Of a stretch of 33,470 nt of DNA, positions 26,810-33,470 are shown one piece after another. The position numbers and the translations under genes are program-made. Source of the stretch: a virus (taxonomy: Duplodnaviria > Caudoviricetes). The notes beneath the pieces were generated by a model that saw only the letters and a list, made by a program, of their open reading frames with translations, made no database searches and was not told where the DNA came from. The first letter of the stretch is position 1. The number at the start of each line of letters is the position of its first letter. The stretch covers positions 1-33,470 of the IMG/VR virus record IMGVR_UViG_3300021197_000971. One strand, written 5' to 3'.

Positions 26810-26999
26810 ATAGAGGCGCAGCATCGCTGCTAGGGTATGCCTATGGTGCAACTGCGCTCTTGGGCTTGTATGGTGCCTCCCAGGCGCTCTATGGCTGTGG
26901 GGTATTATACTACCTGCATCAATGGTTTAGACTGGCATATTGCTTGGCACAGTTGCGATTGACTATCATTATCGGGGTGTAGCATTTGGTGGCGTTGGT

Positions 27000-27450
27000 G
27001 CTGCGAATCACCCATGCTTTGTCAAGTTTTTTCACCAGCGAATCACCATTTTTCTGATATGTTTCAACCCTTTGCATGATTCTTTTGTTCGTCCTTACGA
27101 ACTATGTGCATAACTTTAGTCTTGACACGATTGTTCATGATTCGTTCTTACGAACTACTGATTCGTTCTGATTCTAGTGTGATTCCCCCTGCGCATATAC
27201 CACTAGCCATGCACCTACGTCATACCTCTAGTGATTCGTCATGCATCCAGGTTATGTCAAGCGATTTATTCCTGTAACATACTTCACATTTGCGTGATAA
27301 TGGGGTGTCAAGGGGTTGACAAAGGATGGGACCCTTAGAATCATGAGTGTGACATTTTGGCAACGTGCGTAGGCACCCAGAAATCCAAAACAAAAGAAAT
27401 CCCACAGGGTCTATGACACCTGTACCCTGATACCAGCAATGAATCACCTC
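27000..27450. promoter_or_regulatory. GANTC- and TTGAC-rich control region
   Basis: 10 GAWTC sites and several TTGAC(A) boxes on both strands. Confidence 0.55.
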
Positions 27451-27552
27451 ACGAAATGTTACATTTGTGTCTAGTGCGACAGAATAGCGCACATAAAAGT
27501 AACCATAGTTATCAGGCACTTAGTGAAAAAGTCGATCACAAATTGTTACAAC

Positions 27553-27595
27553 TGGAATAATTGTCCTCAAAAAGTACTTATAATACTATAGGGGG
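27553..27595 (+). promoter_or_regulatory. Phage-specific bipartite promoter, copy 3 (late packaging/head operon)
   Basis: TGGAAT-N15-GTACTTATAATACTATAGGGGG. Confidence 0.75.
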
Positions 27596-27986
27596 ATAAA
27601 AGACTCTATAGTATATACTTAAGTTTCTCTCTTAGGTAAGTATTACTTAGTAGGTATATATACTCTTAAGTGATTCTATAGTTATACTATAGTATGGCTA
27701 CATACAGGGATTATATACTGGTATGTAATACACACTTTAGGTAGGCACTTACGTATACACTACAGTATGACTCTAGAGTAGCTGCGCTACCGTCTACAGG
27801 TTTATGTAGTTACACTTAAGTGTGCCACCTGCGCTACCTTCCATAGTACCCAATTATGTAGTTATACTTATTATGTAGCTACACCAAAGATTCTCCACTT
27901 AAGACTCGCTTCAGAGAGCTTCCTACAGCCTGATAGCTTGAGTCATAGGTGGAGAACACTTCCAACCTCACAGAGAGTTTGTATAA

Positions 27987-28388
27987 ATGCAGAAGCAACC
28001 CAACCAGCTTAATTACAACTCAGAGATTGCTAAAGTAGTGCGTGAGTATGCCCCCCACGTAACTGAGAAAGAAATCATTAGCATGATTCAAAAGTATGCT
28101 GATGCTCCTGCTACCAGAGCCACCTTTATGAAATACTATGGTGATGACTGGTATGGTGCCCGTAGTAAGGTTACTAAGAGTATTGGCTCAAGGGTAGTCC
28201 AACAGGCACTTGAGGGTGACCCTACTGAGCCTGCTACATTCAAGTCCCAAGAGTTCTACCTTCGTACCAAGGGTAGCTGGACACCAAAGACCATTGAAGA
28301 GACCCGTGAGGTTGGTACTGAGGAAGAAGAGGCTGAGAGTGCTGTAGATGCCCTTATGAGCCTGTTAGGGAAGAACAAAGAAGAATGA
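27987..28388 (+). CDS. Terminase small subunit (putative)
   Basis: First gene of the packaging operon; helical, SQEFYLRTKGSW motif. Confidence 0.6.
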   Translation: MQKQPNQLNYNSEIAKVVREYAPHVTEKEIISMIQKYADAPATRATFMKYYGDDWYGARSKVTKSIGSRVVQQALEGDPTEPATFKSQEFYLRTKGSWTPKTIEETREVGTEEEEAESAVDALMSLLGKNKEE

Positions 28389-28924
28389 CAGTATTCGTCT
28401 ACCACATCCACACGGACGGAATGGGGTTGGACCAAGGTTATGTTGGCATCTCTGTAAAACCTAAAGCACGTTGGGCAGAGCATCGTAGACGTAATGAAAA
28501 TCCAGTTCTGTCGCGGGCTATCAAGAAGTATGGTGACAAGGTTCGGTATAGTATCCTTTCTGTTCACGACACGTTGGAAGAAGCGCTATGGCAAGAGTTC
28601 ACCCTACGCCCATTTAAGGGTATGGGTTGGAATATAGCCAAGGGTGGTGGCTTGCCCCCTGCTAATGGTGGGTGGAATAAGGGTCAAACAACTCCACCAG
28701 AGGCTAAGAGAAAACAATCAGAAGCCCGTGCAGGTAAATACGGCGGCGCAAACCACCCAAGAGCAAAACTAGCGGACATTTACAACAAGGAAGGCACCAG
28801 AATTGCCAAAAATGTTGTGGTTAGGGTTTGGGCTAAAGAGAATGGTTACCACCAAGCACACCTAGCGGCAACTGCCACAGGGAAACTTAAATTGCACAAG
28901 GGCATTTACGCAAGGTACATCTAA
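28385..28924 (+). CDS. GIY-YIG homing endonuclease with NUMOD3-like motif
   Basis: FVYHI...GYVGIS...RWAEH...E...GWN..GG; PPEAKRKQSEAR. Confidence 0.8.
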   Translation: MTVFVYHIHTDGMGLDQGYVGISVKPKARWAEHRRRNENPVLSRAIKKYGDKVRYSILSVHDTLEEALWQEFTLRPFKGMGWNIAKGGGLPPANGGWNKGQTTPPEAKRKQSEARAGKYGGANHPRAKLADIYNKEGTRIAKNVVVRVWAKENGYHQAHLAATATGKLKLHKGIYARYI

Positions 28925-30306
28925 TGCCCAAGAATGGACTCCCGATACATTCTGACGATTTAAGAGCGTTGCCAGCATCCAAAGTACAAGAGGTTATGCA
29001 AGAACTTGGCCCGCAGAGGGCAGAAGAGTTGCAACACACTTGGGAGTTTTGGGCCAGAGAGAACCAGCTTGAGCCTGCGGGTAAAGACTGGAATACTTGG
29101 ATGGTGAACGCGGGACGGGGTTTCGGAAAGACCCGCTCAGGTGTCGAGTGGGTAAGAGAGAACGTAAAGCGTGGTGTTAAGCGTATTGCTGCTGTAGCTG
29201 CTACTAACTCAGATATTGAACGGGTTATGGTTAAGGGTGAGAGTGGCTTCCTGTCAGTCTGCTGGAAGGGGGATAAGACCTACTCCGGCAAGAAGATGGG
29301 TTTCCCTGAGTGGTCCCCCACCAAGAGGGCACTGACTTGGGATAATGGTGCTCAAGTACTATTTTTCTCAGCAGAAGAACCCGAACGTCTCCGTGGCCCT
29401 CAGTTTGAACTTGCTTGGTGTGATGAGACTGCCGCGTGGAATAAAGACGTAGACACTTGGGCGATGCTCCAGTTCTGTATGCGTCTAGGTAAACACCCCC
29501 GTATTATGGTTACTACCACACCTAAACCTACTAAACTTATCCGCCAGATTCTTAAAGACCCTAAAACTACAGTTACCACTGGTAGTACCTTTGATAACTC
29601 AGACAATCTTGCGGATACCTACCTGGAGGCTGTTAAGGCCCAGTATGAGGGCACTAGGCTCGGTAGGCAAGAACTCTATGCTGAAGTCATGGAAGAAGCA
29701 GAAGGTGCCCTCTGGACCACCGAAATGCTTGACAATGCCCAGATCAGCAGAGATGACCTCCCCCAACTAAATCGTATTGTAGTCTCCTTGGACCCTGCCA
29801 TTACGGCTAACAAGGAATCTGACATGACTGGTATTGTAGTTGCTGGTATTGATGTCAATGGCAAGGGTTACGTATTGGGGGATTACACAGGCAGACTATC
29901 TCCCCAAGGTTGGGCATCAAAGGCTATCGAACTTTACCACCATCACCAAGCGGACAGGATTGTAGCTGAACGTAACCAAGGTGGGGATATGGTTCGTAGG
30001 ACTATTGAGGTAGAAGATGAGACTGTGCCTATCAAACTGGTTCACGCATCCAGAGGTAAGTACGCTAGGGCTGAACCTATCTCTGCACTATATGAACGTG
30101 GCCTTGTCTACCATGTGAGGAACCCTGAAGATGGGGCTAACCTCAATGAGCTTGAGACACAGATGCGTACATGGGAACCCCTTGGTTCCATAGGCTCCCC
30201 TGACAGACTTGATGCCCTTGTGTGGGCACTTACAGACCTGATGCTAGGGTCTTACCAAAAACCCAAATTACAGCTTGTATATAGCAATGCCAAAGGTCTC
30301 AGATGA
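28924..30306 (+). CDS. terL: Terminase large subunit
   Basis: Walker A AGRGFGKT, LRGPQF..AWCDE, VTTTP, nuclease DPA...SPDRLDA. Confidence 0.95.
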   Translation: MPKNGLPIHSDDLRALPASKVQEVMQELGPQRAEELQHTWEFWARENQLEPAGKDWNTWMVNAGRGFGKTRSGVEWVRENVKRGVKRIAAVAATNSDIERVMVKGESGFLSVCWKGDKTYSGKKMGFPEWSPTKRALTWDNGAQVLFFSAEEPERLRGPQFELAWCDETAAWNKDVDTWAMLQFCMRLGKHPRIMVTTTPKPTKLIRQILKDPKTTVTTGSTFDNSDNLADTYLEAVKAQYEGTRLGRQELYAEVMEEAEGALWTTEMLDNAQISRDDLPQLNRIVVSLDPAITANKESDMTGIVVAGIDVNGKGYVLGDYTGRLSPQGWASKAIELYHHHQADRIVAERNQGGDMVRRTIEVEDETVPIKLVHASRGKYARAEPISALYERGLVYHVRNPEDGANLNELETQMRTWEPLGSIGSPDRLDALVWALTDLMLGSYQKPKLQLVYSNAKGLR

Positions 30307-30860
30307 AGACGTGCCGTGGTTCAAAAGGAAACCCTTGTGTTGTTGGGGATGTAGAGCAGCCTCTTTCTGAGTTCTACAAACAAGCAAGGAACAAAGACGG
30401 ACACTGGCATACTTGTAAGTCTTGTGACAGAGTGAGGCTTAAAGAGTCCTACCAGAAAGACCGGGACAGGATTCTGGAAAACACAAAGGTGTACGGCAAA
30501 GCAAACCGGCACATCACCCGTAAGGCCTCTAAGAAGTACTATTATAAGAATCGAGAATCTAACATCCAAAGAAAACTTGATTGGTGTAAGAACAACCCTG
30601 AAAAAGCTGCTGCAACGGCGGCGGAATATCGGGCAAGAAAGAACAAAGCTACCCCAACTTGGCTGTCAGAAGATCATAAAAAGCAGATGCTAAAAGTCTA
30701 CGAACACGCGCGCGAGTGTGAAATGCTGACCGGGGATAAATATCACGTAGACCATATCGTGCCTTTAAAAGGTGAGAACATCAGTGGCCTGCACGTGCCG
30801 TGGAACCTGCAAGTCCTTCCCGCAGACCTCAACATAGCAAAGAGCAATTCTTATGGTTAA
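30303..30860 (+). CDS. HNH homing endonuclease
   Basis: YHVDHIVPL...GLHVPWNLQVL...N..KSN; N-terminal Zn motif. Confidence 0.9.
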   Translation: MKTCRGSKGNPCVVGDVEQPLSEFYKQARNKDGHWHTCKSCDRVRLKESYQKDRDRILENTKVYGKANRHITRKASKKYYYKNRESNIQRKLDWCKNNPEKAAATAAEYRARKNKATPTWLSEDHKKQMLKVYEHARECEMLTGDKYHVDHIVPLKGENISGLHVPWNLQVLPADLNIAKSNSYG

Positions 30861-32259
30861 GCAACTCTCAGAAACAGAAGCTAAGACGATTCTCGGGGTT
30901 GCTGGCGAGAACACTCACAATGGGCAAATACGATCCGATGAATTTCTTTCAGAATTGCGTGGAAAACGTGCGATTAAGAAATGGAAAGAGATGCGGGAGA
31001 ACGATAGTACCATCGGTGCTGTTATGTATGCAGTTGAACAAATCCTTCGGGATGTTGACCTGAGTGTTAAGCCTGCCGATGACTCTGAAGCTGCCAAGCG
31101 TGAGGCTGACTTTGTAGAGAGCGTCCTTGAGGATATGGAGCATACCCTTGATGACCATGTGTCTGAAAGCCTGTCATTCCTGTCCTACGGATTTAGCTGG
31201 TTTGAGGTTGTGTACAAAAGACGTAACGGGAAAGACACTCAGAATCCAAAGAAACGGTCCAAGTTTAACGATGGTCGTATTGGTGTCCGTAAGATTGCTT
31301 CCCGTGCCCCTTGGACTGTATCCCGTTTTGATGTAGACACCAAGACTGGTGAAATCTTGGGGATGTACCAGGATGGATCGAACTACATCCCAAGCCGCAA
31401 GAGCCTTTACTACAGGACCACCAGCATTAACAATGACCCTTCCGGGAGGCCAATCATCCGTAATGCTTACACATCCTACGAGTACCTTAACAACCTTCAG
31501 GCTATTGAGGCTATTGCTGTAGAACGTGAGTTGGCTGGTATCCCTATGGCTAGGGTTCCTGCTGAATACCTTTCCGCTGATGCTACTGTTGCACAACGTG
31601 GCTTCATTAGTGAACTCCAAAGCATCCTGCGTGATGTCAAGTTCAATGAGCAAGGTTACATTATTGTACCCAGTGACACTTACCCCGGTAAAGACGGGGA
31701 GCCTACAAGCATCCGTATGGTAGATGTAGAACTCATGTCATCTCAGGGTAATCGTAACATTGATATTGACCCCATTGTAAGACGTTACCAGCACGACATT
31801 GCCCGTAGTGTTCTCTCGGAGTTCCTTATGCTGGGTAGCCAAGGCGGTTCTTACGCGCTTTCCAAGAGCAAGACTGACCTTTTCTTACGCGCCTTGGAGT
31901 CGTACATCCAGACTATTGTAGATGTCCTTAACAAGCAGCTTGTAGAGCGCCTGTGGGAACTTAATGGTCTTAACTACGATCTTATGCCTAAGATTGTTGC
32001 TGGAGATGTTGCACCCCATGACCTCAAGGAACTTGGGTCTTACCTACGTAATCTCAACGGTGCTGATATCAACCTTGCTTCTCAACCTGATATTGTAGAT
32101 GCACTTCTGGATAACGCTGAACTACCAAACCTCAACCGTGAAATCTACATGGAAGACCTTGAGGCAGAGCGTAGGATGAACCTTGCACGTGCTGATTACT
32201 ACGATGGGCCAGATGACAATGTTGTAGGTGCCTCTAACAACAACCAAGAGCCTGCTTAA
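30853..32259 (+). CDS. Portal protein (DUF935-like)
   Basis: 468 aa after terL; YGFSWFEVVY, IAVERELAGIP, GGSYALS motifs. Confidence 0.85.
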   Translation: MVKQLSETEAKTILGVAGENTHNGQIRSDEFLSELRGKRAIKKWKEMRENDSTIGAVMYAVEQILRDVDLSVKPADDSEAAKREADFVESVLEDMEHTLDDHVSESLSFLSYGFSWFEVVYKRRNGKDTQNPKKRSKFNDGRIGVRKIASRAPWTVSRFDVDTKTGEILGMYQDGSNYIPSRKSLYYRTTSINNDPSGRPIIRNAYTSYEYLNNLQAIEAIAVERELAGIPMARVPAEYLSADATVAQRGFISELQSILRDVKFNEQGYIIVPSDTYPGKDGEPTSIRMVDVELMSSQGNRNIDIDPIVRRYQHDIARSVLSEFLMLGSQGGSYALSKSKTDLFLRALESYIQTIVDVLNKQLVERLWELNGLNYDLMPKIVAGDVAPHDLKELGSYLRNLNGADINLASQPDIVDALLDNAELPNLNREIYMEDLEAERRMNLARADYYDGPDDNVVGASNNNQEPA

Positions 32260-32309
32260 AGCAGACATCTGGACGTAAGACTGTAAAACAACAGAGAAAG
32301 GGGGGAATT

Positions 32310-32615
32310 ATGCCTAGTTGGGACCGAAAGATTTTTGAAAAAGAAAACCCCGATACTACAACTGAGACAAATACAGCCCCTGCACTCCTAAGCACCCCAG
32401 CCACTGTATCTAGCGGACCCGCTCAGGTGTTCACAGTTGTTAACCCCTCTAACTCTCAGTCCATTAATCTTTATGATGACGATGTTCTTACTTTTGTAAT
32501 CCTCCCTAATACATCCATCACCCTCGCCTTCCCCGTCACATTCAATAATTCACTTAAGGTGTCTAACACTGGCGTTTCTACGGTAGATTACTCTATTCAA
32601 TATGTGAGGCTCTAA
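32310..32615 (+). CDS. Hypothetical virion protein
   Basis: Beta-rich 101 aa, GGGGG RBS, head module. Confidence 0.55.
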   Translation: MPSWDRKIFEKENPDTTTETNTAPALLSTPATVSSGPAQVFTVVNPSNSQSINLYDDDVLTFVILPNTSITLAFPVTFNNSLKVSNTGVSTVDYSIQYVRL

Positions 32616-33334
32616 TGTCTATTGCGGAAGATGTGATAAAGGAAGGCGTGCAGAAGGCTGAGTATCAGGGCGAGAAAGTAACCCTTAACAAGCCTCGACG
32701 TATTCAAGGTGGCAACAAGAAGTTTGAAGTGTTTGTCCAAGATGGCGACAAAGTTAAACGAGTAACCTTTGGTGATCCTAACATGGAAATCCGTAGGGAT
32801 GACCCCAAAGCCCGTGCTAATTTCCGCTCCCGGCATTCTTGTGATGCAGCTACAGACAAGACCTCCGCTCGTTATTGGAGTTGTCGCATGTGGGAAGCAG
32901 ATACATTGGTGAGTGATATGACTAAAGCTGACATTGAGCAAGGCAATTCTTGCGACCTCGAAGGTAAAATCCTCAAGGTAGACGACGAACAGCGCATGGT
33001 ATTTGGCTGGGCTTCTGTTGTCACTGAGAAGGGAGAGATGGTGGTTGACCGTCAGGGTGACGTAATCGAACCTGAGACTTTGGTCAAGGCCGTAAACGAA
33101 TTTATGGAGCATGTGCGGGTAGGCAAAGCTATGCACATCGGGGAACAAGTTGGTGTCGTTGTACACTCTCTCCCTATCACTAAAGAAATTGGTGATGCTC
33201 TTGGTATCCAGTCTGATCGTGAAGGGTGGGTTGTCGCATACAAAGTGTACGATGATGCAGTCTGGGAAATGGTCAAGAGTGGGGAACTTGCGGCCTTCAG
33301 TATCGGCGGTCGCGCTATGAAAGAGGAGATGTAA
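32615..33334 (+). CDS. XkdF-like prohead protease with a fused N-terminal domain
   Basis: RMVFGWASV, DRQGDVI, KAMH, VKSGELAAFSIGG; N-terminal FGDP...ARYWSC domain. Confidence 0.75.
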   Translation: MSIAEDVIKEGVQKAEYQGEKVTLNKPRRIQGGNKKFEVFVQDGDKVKRVTFGDPNMEIRRDDPKARANFRSRHSCDAATDKTSARYWSCRMWEADTLVSDMTKADIEQGNSCDLEGKILKVDDEQRMVFGWASVVTEKGEMVVDRQGDVIEPETLVKAVNEFMEHVRVGKAMHIGEQVGVVVHSLPITKEIGDALGIQSDREGWVVAYKVYDDAVWEMVKSGELAAFSIGGRAMKEEM

Positions 33335-33336
33335 CT

Positions 33337-33470
33337 TTGCCTAGTCTTCTTAAAAACTTGCAGCTTGAGGAACTTTCCCTCGTGGATCGACCTGCCAATG
33401 CACAGGCAATGGTTAGCCTCTTCAAGCGCGACAACTCTGAGGAAGTTGAGAAAATGACTGATGAAATGGA
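33337..33470 (+). CDS. Scaffold-like protein carrying a protease C-terminal motif (3'-partial, TTG start)
   Basis: GAGGAG RBS; read by hand MPSLLKNLQLEELSLVDRPANAQAMVSLFKR... Confidence 0.65.
   Translation, partial: MPSLLKNLQLEELSLVDRPANAQAMVSLFKRDNSEEVEKMTDEM

Noticed and set aside
27220-27519. 99-aa minus-strand ORF
   Set aside because: No clear RBS or protein-like pattern; overlaps the dense regulatory motifs
27574-27595. T7 RNA polymerase promoter (TAATAC...TATAGGG resemblance)
   Set aside because: Lacks the GACTCAC specificity core, no single-subunit RNAP is in the window, and the fixed-spaced upstream TGGAAT fits a sigma factor better
1-33470. tRNA genes, integrase or repressor
   Set aside because: None recognised in this window; lifestyle cannot be settled from a partial genome

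Overview
A 33.5-kb segment of a tailed dsDNA phage genome. It looks siphovirus-like and probably infects an alphaproteobacterium, most likely a Roseobacter-type host; both assignments are inferences from gene content and motifs. From left to right: (+) the end of a tail/tail-tip module and a lysis cassette (1-8.2 kb). (-) A T7-like replication and nucleotide-metabolism arm without an RNA polymerase: class II RNR, MazG-like protein, adenine methyltransferase, phosphoesterase, endonuclease I, 5'-3' exonuclease, SSB, split PolA, primase-helicase, ThyX, a sigma factor and small early genes (8.3-25.1 kb). (+) A small early cassette with an Ocr-like acidic protein (25.4-26.8 kb). A motif-dense non-coding control region (26.8-28 kb). 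(+) The start of the packaging/head module: TerS, GIY-YIG, TerL, HNH, portal and a split prohead protease/scaffold. The most notable signals are non-coding: (1) a three-copy bipartite promoter TGGAAT-N15-GTACTTATA...GGGGG, probably read by the phage sigma factor; (2) two palindrome-rich leaders behind two of these promoters that share exact 15- and 17-bp blocks; (3) a GANTC/TGATTCG cluster resembling GcrA/CcrM sites; (4) an ordered motif set flanking the early cassette that may mark a long terminal repeat. All protein calls come from motif recognition by eye; no searches were run.
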